From NCBI GenBank assembly GCA_041666505.1, contig JBAYGU010000001.1, positions 477 to 64,476 on the forward strand: 64,000 bases of DNA, in the 5' to 3' direction. Position numbers and translations under genes: made by a program. The stretch is from Candidatus Buchananbacteria bacterium. Lineage in GTDB: Bacteria > Patescibacteriota > Patescibacteriia > 2-01-FULL-39-33. Positions 19,368-28,082 of this stretch are shown here, in pieces. Numbering within the stretch: the stretch's first letter is position 1; each line of letters opens with the position of its first letter. Under the pieces are notes generated by a model, which worked only from the letters and a program-made list of their open reading frames with translations, had not been told where the DNA came from and ran no database searches.

Positions 19368-21103
19368 ATATTCCTCTCGATTATTTCTAATAAACCGGCT
19401 TCGCCCGGTTTTTGAGCGACGTATTGGCTACGCCTCCTGTAAAAGGATTTCGCATTCATGATAGCGCAAAATTTTATTTTGCGCCAATTGCCATCGACAG
19501 TCTCGTTATCACTGATGAAAATCGCCTGCTTGCCGCTAAAATAGACGTTAATCAATCGGTCTAGAGCCGAGATCTTTGATACGCCAGGATTGTCCACTGT
19601 TATCTTTGCCGGCTTGGATAATAAATTTATCTTATGATCAGGCAATTCCCTCTGAAGCATGGCATATATATTCTTGGCCAATCCATAATTGGGCTGCCCA
19701 TTACATCTTGCATAAATACTGGCAGAATATTTCCTTTTTGCGCTGACAAATATCAAATATTTTTCTTTTTGAATATTAATAATATTCTTGTCATAACCGG
19801 TTACTACTCGATACCCCGCGCCTTTATAATTATCTTTCAATAAGCTTGAAATAGTCCGCCTCAATCGCCTATCAGAATGCGGAGCTTCTTTTTTTAAGCC
19901 ATGGGGCGTTAACTTGAAATATGAACCACCCTCGCAGATAATAGGGCCGTTTAATCCAAAATCATAATAAACGCTTTTCGCCTCAGCCCAGGGACGATTA
20001 GTATTCAATCCGAATATAACGCCGTCTTTCGTAAGATTTCTAATCTTATTTTTTAATTTTACAAAAGAAACGGCATCGTCGGATACCAATGTGCCGTCGA
20101 TATCGAAAAAAACCAGCGGATATGCTTTTTTCTTGGTGCTAACGGCCGCCTTCCATTGAGTAGGCGGCTCATAAATACCTATATTAAGCAGCAGGAATTC
20201 TAATTTAAGGCACATCCAGAAAAACCCCTTCATTGCCAAGTAAATCAGCCAGATTAAACCGTCGCCAAAACCTGATTTTTGCCATTTCTTCCAATCAGTG
20301 CGTCGGTTCAGATGCGGCCAAAGATAATTATATTCGGGGAACCAACACTTCATTTTTTCCATTTCGATATTGCGGCGGCGATAGACATTAAGCCAATCAT
20401 AGAATGAACTGATCGGCCAGGAATAGCATTTTGCCTTGGCAACCTGCCTTATGGAATTCAAGCCGAATTTGTCAATGAAGTAACTCGACATGAACACATC
20501 GTCTGCAGACAGCAATATGCCGTTGCTGCAATATTTCAGCATCATTTTACTCCGACGACAATTTTTTGCCCGCCTGGACACCTCATAATCAGTGGGAATA
20601 TGCCAATGACGAGTTGCAAATAACCGCCCATGAAAATACTGGCGCGGCGAAAGCATTGCCTGCGAATCATACAATCTGCCGATTTTTTCGGCTAAATTCA
20701 TATTAATTTTATCCTTAGCCAAGGATACTGTTTTAGCATAGGTAACGGCCAACTGAGAATTGCCTTTTAATGCGTCAACGAGCAACTTTATGGAATCTTC
20801 GGCAATTAGACCATCAGCATCAGGAAACACGAAAATTTCCGCCGGAAATTTATTGACAATCATGCGCTGGGCATTGACTAGGCCGGGACGGCTCCTGATT
20901 AGTTCACAGGCGATTTTAGGGTGGTCTTTTTTGAAACGCCTGAATTCCTTTTCAGTGTCATCCGTACAGCCGTTAACGCAAACGACGATTATATATTTTT
21001 TTATTCGACAAAAAATAACAGCCTTGCTGATCGATTCCAGGGCTGAGTAAATATTGGTTGCTTCATTTTTTGCCGGAATTCCAACGGTTAACGAATACTT
21101 CAT
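19364..21103 (-). CDS. GT2 glycosyltransferase fused to Cof/MpgP-like HAD domain
   Basis: IPAKNEA, VNGCTD, DAD, DD (GT-A); C-terminal FFDIDGTL, NTNR, PIICEGG; HAD motif IV degenerate. Confidence 0.78.
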   Translation of the reverse strand: MKYSLTVGIPAKNEATNIYSALESISKAVIFCRIKKYIIVVCVNGCTDDTEKEFRRFKKDHPKIACELIRSRPGLVNAQRMIVNKFPAEIFVFPDADGLIAEDSIKLLVDALKGNSQLAVTYAKTVSLAKDKINMNLAEKIGRLYDSQAMLSPRQYFHGRLFATRHWHIPTDYEVSRRAKNCRRSKMMLKYCSNGILLSADDVFMSSYFIDKFGLNSIRQVAKAKCYSWPISSFYDWLNVYRRRNIEMEKMKCWFPEYNYLWPHLNRRTDWKKWQKSGFGDGLIWLIYLAMKGFFWMCLKLEFLLLNIGIYEPPTQWKAAVSTKKKAYPLVFFDIDGTLVSDDAVSFVKLKNKIRNLTKDGVIFGLNTNRPWAEAKSVYYDFGLNGPIICEGGSYFKLTPHGLKKEAPHSDRRLRRTISSLLKDNYKGAGYRVVTGYDKNIINIQKEKYLIFVSAKRKYSASIYARCNGQPNYGLAKNIYAMLQRELPDHKINLLSKPAKITVDNPGVSKISALDRLINVYFSGKQAIFISDNETVDGNWRKIKFCAIMNAKSFYRRRSQYVAQKPGEAGLLEIIERNI

Positions 21104-21123
21104 ACGACGGTGTAAAGCATCTT

Positions 21124-22752
21124 TTAACTGATCTTTTTTGCTTGCTTCCTATCCGCCATCGGCAATGAAAAACAGAACTTGCTGCCTTTGTTTTTACCGG
21201 GCGATTCCACCCAGATGCGGCCGCCCATATTCTCTACCAGGACGCGCGCGTAATATAAGCCCAAGCCAGTCCCCTCGGTATTGACCTTGGCCGAATCCTT
21301 GCCGCGGGTGAATTTGTTGAATAATCGTTTGATGTCGTCAGCATCCATACCCATGCCGGTATCTTGAGAAGTAAAAACGACAGACGTGCCCTCTTGATGC
21401 AGGCCGACCATGATCTCGCCTTGCTTGGTGTATTTGATGGCATTATCGATTATATTGGAAACGATGTCTTTTATCTTCTGCGCGTCCGCCGCGACTTTCG
21501 GCACCTTTTCTTTACTCATGAAGGCCAGCTTCAATTTGCGCGCCTTGGCTTTCTCTTGGAAATCATTGACCATCGACTTGGCGACTTCCGTCAGATCCAC
21601 TGGCTCGATAGTGAACTCAATCCTGCCCGCCTCGATACGCGATATATTAAGTAGGCTTTCCACTAAATTAATTAATCGTTCGGTCGAGACGAATATCTTG
21701 TCGATGCTTTCCTTGACTGGTTTAGTCATCTTGCCAAAACTGCCTTCCAAAAGCATCGAAGAATAGCCTTTGATGATCGTGAGCGGCGTCCTCAGCTGAT
21801 GCGAGGAGATCGACAGGAATTCCGATTTGGATTCATCTAATCGCTTCAATTCCTTGTTGGCGCTCGCCAAATCCTTCGTGACTTTATTCAATTTTTTATT
21901 AAGCGCTTCCATTTCCTCGCGGCGATGGACTTCGTGAAGTACTGAGCGAACAAGCAACACGGCAAAGAATAAGGTAATAATAAATATGACCACCCTGAAA
22001 TAAACAGAAATTTGCGATGTTTGAAATATTTGTAAAAAAGTTATAACTATTAAAAATACAGAGAATAATTCCGTTGCAATTACTTTAATATTCATCAAGT
22101 GGTGCTTGATTATCGCATAAGCCACTGCTGCGACGTAAAAAGTTACCAATATATTAGTAATGGGCGGAATGGGTATTTTATACCACAAAAAATAATTAGT
22201 AGACCCGCCGATAAATCCGATTGTCATTCCGACTAATACATAAATAATTTGAATTTTTATGATTCCCTCTGATTGAATATATTTCTTATAAAGTAGAGAA
22301 CAAGAATAGACTACGTAAAAAAACCAAATAATCAAAAAAGGGGCGAATGCTGGACCGGCCATTGGCCAAAACTTAAAAGTTAAAATCGGTTCGACGCCAA
22401 TGACAAATAGGGGGGTAAAATCAAGTATTAAAAAGATGAGGGAAATGATGAACGTCAGAATCAAAAATTTTCTTCTTTTTGGAAGCAAACCGACAAAAGA
22501 ATAAATAAAATATAAATAAGTAAATGGAATAAAAATAGCTGGAGCCATCAATAGACGGCACCAAAATAAGGCTGAGATCGGATCACTGGCCAATTGCCAA
22601 TAATAATATCCGATGCTCCAAAAAGCCACAGTAAAAGCAAAAAGTGAAAAGGAGGCATTAACTTTGTCTTCTTTATTGCTAAAAAAAACAAAAGTACCCA
22701 GAAATATACTGCTAAAAAAATTAATTATTGCAACGATGGCGTAAATATTCAT
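21124..22752 (-). CDS. Sensor histidine kinase with N-terminal multi-TM (HisKA_7TM-like) domain
   Basis: ~8 hydrophobic segments; SHQLRTPL H-box; NAIKY, DTGMG, GTGLGL. Confidence 0.92.
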   Translation of the reverse strand: MNIYAIVAIINFFSSIFLGTFVFFSNKEDKVNASFSLFAFTVAFWSIGYYYWQLASDPISALFWCRLLMAPAIFIPFTYLYFIYSFVGLLPKRRKFLILTFIISLIFLILDFTPLFVIGVEPILTFKFWPMAGPAFAPFLIIWFFYVVYSCSLLYKKYIQSEGIIKIQIIYVLVGMTIGFIGGSTNYFLWYKIPIPPITNILVTFYVAAVAYAIIKHHLMNIKVIATELFSVFLIVITFLQIFQTSQISVYFRVVIFIITLFFAVLLVRSVLHEVHRREEMEALNKKLNKVTKDLASANKELKRLDESKSEFLSISSHQLRTPLTIIKGYSSMLLEGSFGKMTKPVKESIDKIFVSTERLINLVESLLNISRIEAGRIEFTIEPVDLTEVAKSMVNDFQEKAKARKLKLAFMSKEKVPKVAADAQKIKDIVSNIIDNAIKYTKQGEIMVGLHQEGTSVVFTSQDTGMGMDADDIKRLFNKFTRGKDSAKVNTEGTGLGLYYARVLVENMGGRIWVESPGKNKGSKFCFSLPMADRKQAKKIS

Positions 22753-22823
22753 AAAAACAAATTAAAAACCCGAGTCAATGCTTTTATTATAGCATTTTCT
22801 CGGGTTGATTCAAAATGTTCGAC

Positions 22824-23783
22824 TTATTTCTCGGCAATAAGAATGCCATGAATGCGCAACGGTTCATAGATTATTCGATAATCCTTAAATCCTGCTTTTT
22901 CGGCTATTTCCACTAGATCGCTAGGATCGCGATAGATCATGGGCCAATTGATGACCCAATGAAGGAAGTGTTGTTCCGGATTCGGAGCGATATTGCATGT
23001 CAGATATACACCATCGGGCTCTAGTGATTCCCGGATCTTTTCCGACAATCGTATCGCCTTTCCTTGTTCGATGTAATCAAGTAGCCCCAACATCTCAATG
23101 ATCTGCGGTTTGAAGTCGACCGCTACCATGGCCACTGCCGCAACACTAATCTGTTTTATTTCGATTTGACTACATACACCATAGCACTTAGCCAAATTTC
23201 TGGCATATTCCAGCGCATCCTTATCGATATCGACAAGAATCGCCTTAACGATTACACCCCTGTGTTTAAACTCGGCAATAATTTCAATCACTGCTTGAGC
23301 CGAACCGCAAGCCAATGAAATCAATCTGACTTCACCATGACCACTAAATCTCAATATTGCCCGTCGCACCTCTTGCCGCACCAACTTGTAACGATTACGA
23401 ACAGCCTGAGCGTTCATCATGCCAATCCAGAAATTATCTATAATCTTTCTCCAGCCGAAACTGAAATTGTGATTGTAGATAATGTCCAAGGCTTTCCACG
23501 AAGCCGCACCATCCTTGATCTGACGATTACCAGGCCCCAAGCCATCAAACCACATAGTGTTGGTCTGTGGCCTATCGATTCCAAATTTCTTATACACCAA
23601 TTTCTTAGCGATCACGTACAGTGTGAGCAACCAAGAAATTGGCAGGGTGAGTATGTAAAGCCAGCGGCGATGCTCATAGGAATCCAGCTTAATCGGTTGA
23701 ACAAATGAGGCTTCAATATTACCCGACTCTGACATTTCCGGAGCCGTAGCTATTTCCACCCCAGAGAGAGTATATTTATTCAT
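22824..23783 (-). CDS. Class I SAM-dependent methyltransferase, PhcB/YnbC-like
   Basis: AVRNR, ISLACGSA, VDID, GLLDY, NI..N...W.MIYR. Confidence 0.7.
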   Translation of the reverse strand: MNKYTLSGVEIATAPEMSESGNIEASFVQPIKLDSYEHRRWLYILTLPISWLLTLYVIAKKLVYKKFGIDRPQTNTMWFDGLGPGNRQIKDGAASWKALDIIYNHNFSFGWRKIIDNFWIGMMNAQAVRNRYKLVRQEVRRAILRFSGHGEVRLISLACGSAQAVIEIIAEFKHRGVIVKAILVDIDKDALEYARNLAKCYGVCSQIEIKQISVAAVAMVAVDFKPQIIEMLGLLDYIEQGKAIRLSEKIRESLEPDGVYLTCNIAPNPEQHFLHWVINWPMIYRDPSDLVEIAEKAGFKDYRIIYEPLRIHGILIAEK

Positions 23784-23805
23784 TTCTATTTTCCCTTCCT
23801 TTCTT

Positions 23806-24990
23806 CTAGAACTTCACAGTTCCGCTAATTGCACCTGTCCAGACGTCAGCAGAAATTTCCCGGCCGTCAGCCTTATTGCTGCCCCAGCCGCGGGAAAGTC
23901 CCACTGTCAGGTCCCACGACTTCGCGATTTGATAATTGAGCCGACCGGCGACAAACACTCCGTCCGTATCCGGCGTCATGAAGTCCGCCGTCTGGTCAGG
24001 AACTGCTGCGGACATATAGCCCGTGCCGCCGCCGATCGTCAGGCGATCATTCACTTTGTAACTAGCGCCGACTCGGGCCGCCCAATTATCCGCCCAACCG
24101 GTCTTGACCGGCTTGGTGAACGTGAGCTTGTCGAATTTGATATCGACCGACTCCAACGAACTCTTGGAGTAGCCGTACCAAGTCCAATCAGCCACTAAGA
24201 GCAATCGATCAGTCGCCTTCCAAGCTCCGGAAACTTCGAGTTCGTCCGGAAATTGGAAATCAGCTTTGATCTCATCCCGCAAATGGAACGGACTCAGGAT
24301 TTCCGTGCGGCCATTCAAACGCGCCTTAATGCTCGAAGTATAATTCATTCCGAACGCCCAATTCTCATTCGGCTGATAAAACACGCCAACGGCCGCGCCG
24401 ATTCCGGCTCCGATCGCTTTCGTGTCCGTCTCGATCGGCAGGTTATGCCGATTGATGTCGAATGGCCCGTGCCACGTCAGCATAGTGTCGGCAATTATCA
24501 AGCCGAGTCCGATTGACCACTGATCGTTTAATCTCTGAGTAACGTACGGTTCAATGTACGTCCCGGATATAAGAGTCCGAGAATCTATCCTGCCGAAGCT
24601 TTTTTCGAAGCTCGCACCCATGCCGAATTCCGTCCGGATCTTCAAGCCGGTGACGGTATCGCCATCGACCCTTTGAGCCCAGCACAGATACGGCAATGTA
24701 TGCGCCACGTTCTTCGACTCAATAGTTCGACCAAATCGATCCGTAATACGGAATTTCGGCACCATGGTTTCGAAACCGAATTCCAATTGGCTGCCATCAA
24801 TCTGGATCATACTGCCCAGATTCTCCGGCAGCCATGGTCCGTCCGGATTCGAGCCATTGCCGACACCTGTCGGCCCAGTTACAGCCAAGCGATCCAATCC
24901 TCCGCCATAGGCCAAAGGATTAAACATTACGGCCATAATGGCCAAAAGTACCAACAAAATTAACTTTACTGAATTGTAATGAACTTGCAT
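23806..24990 (-). CDS. FadL/OmpP1/TodX-family outer-membrane beta-barrel
   Basis: Signal peptide; amphipathic strands WSIGLG, GVFYQPNENWAFG.NY.S, FPDELEVSG, DWTWYGYS, W.DNW..RVGASY, PD.D; C-terminal Phe. Confidence 0.85.
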   Translation of the reverse strand: MQVHYNSVKLILLVLLAIMAVMFNPLAYGGGLDRLAVTGPTGVGNGSNPDGPWLPENLGSMIQIDGSQLEFGFETMVPKFRITDRFGRTIESKNVAHTLPYLCWAQRVDGDTVTGLKIRTEFGMGASFEKSFGRIDSRTLISGTYIEPYVTQRLNDQWSIGLGLIIADTMLTWHGPFDINRHNLPIETDTKAIGAGIGAAVGVFYQPNENWAFGMNYTSSIKARLNGRTEILSPFHLRDEIKADFQFPDELEVSGAWKATDRLLLVADWTWYGYSKSSLESVDIKFDKLTFTKPVKTGWADNWAARVGASYKVNDRLTIGGGTGYMSAAVPDQTADFMTPDTDGVFVAGRLNYQIAKSWDLTVGLSRGWGSNKADGREISADVWTGAISGTVKF

Positions 24991-25071
24991 TTCTTTTCTC
25001 CTATTTCTCTGCTATTTTAGCAGTTTTTGACAGCTACCAACAGTTATCCACAATATTCTGACTAACATAAA

Positions 25072-25100
25072 ATTATAGCAAATAATAACACTTTTGTCAA
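25072..25100 (-). promoter_or_regulatory. Sigma70-type promoter of the FadL-like gene
   Basis: TTGACA-N17-TATAAT with TG extension on the minus strand. Confidence 0.8.
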
Positions 25101-25108
25101 TGAATGAT

Positions 25109-25158
25109 TAAATATTTACTAATTTTACGCAAAAAAACCGCCGAATCGCTTCGGCGGC
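25109..25158. repeat. 50-bp direct repeat, left (att-like site plus terminator hairpin)
   Basis: 44/50 identical to 30051-30100; last 29 bp identical, including the CCGCCGAATCGCTTCGGCGG hairpin. Confidence 0.85.
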
Positions 25159-25166
25159 CATGAATG

Positions 25167-25862
25167 TTATTTCTCGCTTTCCAGTCGAGCTTTTAATAAA
25201 AATATCGTATCGGTTCGCAATTTCGCTCGAGCCCAATCTTTTTGAGAAGCCGTCAACATCTCTCCCAGGCCATCGAGAATATGGCGATTGTCCATCTTTT
25301 CCAACATCTTAATGCATTTAGCTACAACTTCCTCAAAAGTCAGCTTAGCACGATTTTCCACTAATTTCTTATTGATCGGCCACATGTTTTTGGCAAAAAA
25401 ATAAACGTCATAGACATCGCGACTCGTCTTGCCTATCCTCTCATACATCGCCATGAGTTTATTGGCGAACATATCTTCCTTAACCATAACCGGCATAGAG
25501 ATGCCCAGCAACGTTTTCACTTCGTATTTCGATCCGAAATTCCGTCGATTGACTTCGATTTTTATATTCTGAGACTTCAAGTCATGCGCGATAATAACGA
25601 TCAGATTAAATCTCTTAATCTTGGAATCAATGATCTTACCGTAGCCTGCGGCTATCTTTTGGATTTTTTCAAACACTTCCTTTTCCTTATCAACAACCAA
25701 AAGATCAAGATCGATATCGACGGAGTTGCGATCCAGGCCGTAAAACATCAAAGCCGCCGTTCCGCCTTTAAAACCCAAATACGGGGACAGCGAAGTGTCA
25801 GAAAAAATATCTTTCAATATCTGCAATAGAATATTCTTATGTTTGGGATAGTCTAATGTCAT
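25167..25862 (-). CDS. AbiEii/AbiGii-family nucleotidyltransferase toxin
   Basis: FKGGTA...DRNSVDIDL, KIEV, ANKL.A...RDVYD. Confidence 0.88.
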   Translation of the reverse strand: MTLDYPKHKNILLQILKDIFSDTSLSPYLGFKGGTAALMFYGLDRNSVDIDLDLLVVDKEKEVFEKIQKIAAGYGKIIDSKIKRFNLIVIIAHDLKSQNIKIEVNRRNFGSKYEVKTLLGISMPVMVKEDMFANKLMAMYERIGKTSRDVYDVYFFAKNMWPINKKLVENRAKLTFEEVVAKCIKMLEKMDNRHILDGLGEMLTASQKDWARAKLRTDTIFLLKARLESEK

Positions 25863-26476
25863 ACGGTTTGAATGTTATCCAGTTTATCGTTTTTATAATA
25901 ATTGAAATATTTTTCAACTTTCTTAGCCATTCTTTGATTGCGGTAAATCGGCAAAATTTCAAAAACTTTTTTCCAGTCCAAAACGCTCAGATTGTCGAAA
26001 TGATAATCCTTGCTGATATATATCCGATCCAAAAATGCCCGCTCTTTTGTCGCGACAGCCACGCCATTTACATGCTCGATCCCCGCCGTATTGCTCAGAA
26101 CAAAATCCTTCATCCTGATAAACGATATTTTTTGCCCGTCCGCCTCAATCTCCCTCGTAACATAGGAAGCAACAAAAATATTTCCGTAATACTGGAAATT
26201 CACTCCGGTCCGAGTCAAGACTGTTTCAAAACTGACATAAGAGGGAGTATAGATCCGCGTAGCCAATTCAAAACGATCATAATTCTTATCCTTGGCATAA
26301 ATGCCGCGATGGACCCTGATTAATTTTCCCCTTTTTACATAATTGCTCAATCTAACCCTGATTTTAGCCTCTCCTATTTCACCCCACAGCAAAGAAATGT
26401 CTTTTGTGGAAAAGACAGTTTTTGGCGATCTGAGCAACATATCGATATATTGGCCTTTTGTGAGTTTATTAACCAT
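25859..26476 (-). CDS. AbiEi-family type IV TA antitoxin
   Basis: wHTH GKLIRVHRGIY, PSYVSFET, ATKERAFLD; ATG 26476 preferred; GTTAGT..ACTAAC palindrome near the promoter. Confidence 0.85.
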   Translation of the reverse strand: MVNKLTKGQYIDMLLRSPKTVFSTKDISLLWGEIGEAKIRVRLSNYVKRGKLIRVHRGIYAKDKNYDRFELATRIYTPSYVSFETVLTRTGVNFQYYGNIFVASYVTREIEADGQKISFIRMKDFVLSNTAGIEHVNGVAVATKERAFLDRIYISKDYHFDNLSVLDWKKVFEILPIYRNQRMAKKVEKYFNYYKNDKLDNIQTV

Positions 26477-26555
26477 ATACTTACTAGATGTTAGTTTAAA
26501 ACTTACTAACAGTACAATTATAGCACATATATAAAATATATGCAAGTATTTAATA

Positions 26556-26577
26556 ATTAGCTAATTTTAGACAAAAA
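26556..26577. repeat. 22-bp att-like motif ATTAGCTAATTTTAGACAAAAA
   Basis: 20/22 to 30056-30077 and 19/22 to 63949-63970. Confidence 0.7.
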
Positions 26578-26591
26578 GATACCAGAATTAA

Positions 26592-28046
26592 CTAATGCCT
26601 CATTTTCGATGTAAATAATCTGGTCGGTTCAAAATCAGTCTGAGCAAAATTAATGCCCAATTTCATCAGCCACACAAAATATATTACTCCCGGATCATCT
26701 CTAAGTTGTTTCGCTATGAATTTGTCCACCAGATTATCAACCGCTTTCACGCTCAATTTATCAGAAAAGCTCGGCAGTTCTTTGGTCAAAAAATTTATGA
26801 TATTTGTATTGAACTCACCCTTATCCAAACGATCCAATTGAGAGGCAGCAAAATCATAATGCGGATTCAATTCCAAAGCCATATGTAATAATTCCTCTCC
26901 GGCGGGATTGCCTGCAGCCAACATAGACGATCCTTTATTGGCAAATAAGCGATAAATTTCCCGATCGGTTGTTTTTGATGATAATAATTCCTGGAAACCC
27001 TTATCATATGATTCCATTGCCAGCCCTGGCTTTCCCTGTTTAGTAGCTTTCATCGCTTTCTCCGCATAATCCATCCAGCCTTCAGAACTGAATATCCCGC
27101 TAATATAACGAGGGGTTGATTGATCGCGATCCGGCCTGACTTTCCCCTTCATCTCATGCGGGCATTTACCACTAAGTGATTTATGCGGGGAATAATTGCT
27201 AAGATCGCAAGACGCTTTCACCAATAAATCCATGTCATCTTTTTTCAGGTCATGATGAGCCAAACCCATTAAGATCGAAATAGGGAAAGTCGCTAAATCA
27301 TCATTAGCGGTTTTATTAATCCATTTCTTGACTTGACTCACAGAAACAAAAGGCGAGATGCCGCATACATTAAAGGCTGCCTCCGCTTGCTTTTCTGCCT
27401 TTTGTTCGTTCATCGTCAGATCAATTTTGTCGCTTGCATTTTCCGCCTCATCGGCTTGCTGTCTGCCAGGCTTATAAAGAATTTCATAAACCACCTGGGG
27501 CGTTATAATATCACCAGATTTCCTAAAATATTTTTTTGCCTGCTCGGTCATCATTGTATCCAGCATTTGGCATGTGCCACTGGCGAATTCATAACGTTCT
27601 CCGATCTTAGCTACTCGACAAATAATCGTCTGACCCGGAAGAAGCAATCTGGCTCCCGCATATTCCCGCACCGCATACTCCTTATCCTGTTGCAGGCTTT
27701 CAACTTCTATCCGCCCGGGTTTGACTGAGGTGACAGAGAAAAAACCATATTCATTATCTAACATATCCCTTAAATCCGATAATTCATTATCAGTTAACCT
27801 AAGAGGATTATTTTTAACAAAATCAGACAGCGGCGTCTTGCCATTAGACAGCTTGAAATCAAATACCAGCCATTCCATAAAAAGCATATTAACCGGATCC
27901 ATGTCATCATCGGCAATCAAATCGCCATCTACGACATCACCAATGGAGCGGCCAAAAAATTCCAAACTTGCTCTTTTAATATCCGCATTACGCCCGAGAT
28001 CGTAAAGATAATGATCTAGGACGTCAGAAATTGCATTTTTTCTCAT
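26592..28046 (-). CDS. Hypothetical protein with TPR-like C-terminal region
   Basis: 484-aa ORF; EW..FD....G.TP motif; ALELNP.Y TPR-like segment. Confidence 0.7.
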   Translation of the reverse strand: MRKNAISDVLDHYLYDLGRNADIKRASLEFFGRSIGDVVDGDLIADDDMDPVNMLFMEWLVFDFKLSNGKTPLSDFVKNNPLRLTDNELSDLRDMLDNEYGFFSVTSVKPGRIEVESLQQDKEYAVREYAGARLLLPGQTIICRVAKIGERYEFASGTCQMLDTMMTEQAKKYFRKSGDIITPQVVYEILYKPGRQQADEAENASDKIDLTMNEQKAEKQAEAAFNVCGISPFVSVSQVKKWINKTANDDLATFPISILMGLAHHDLKKDDMDLLVKASCDLSNYSPHKSLSGKCPHEMKGKVRPDRDQSTPRYISGIFSSEGWMDYAEKAMKATKQGKPGLAMESYDKGFQELLSSKTTDREIYRLFANKGSSMLAAGNPAGEELLHMALELNPHYDFAASQLDRLDKGEFNTNIINFLTKELPSFSDKLSVKAVDNLVDKFIAKQLRDDPGVIYFVWLMKLGINFAQTDFEPTRLFTSKMRH

Positions 28047-28082
28047 ATTTTTCGTTATGATTATTCTTGTATGATTACAGGC

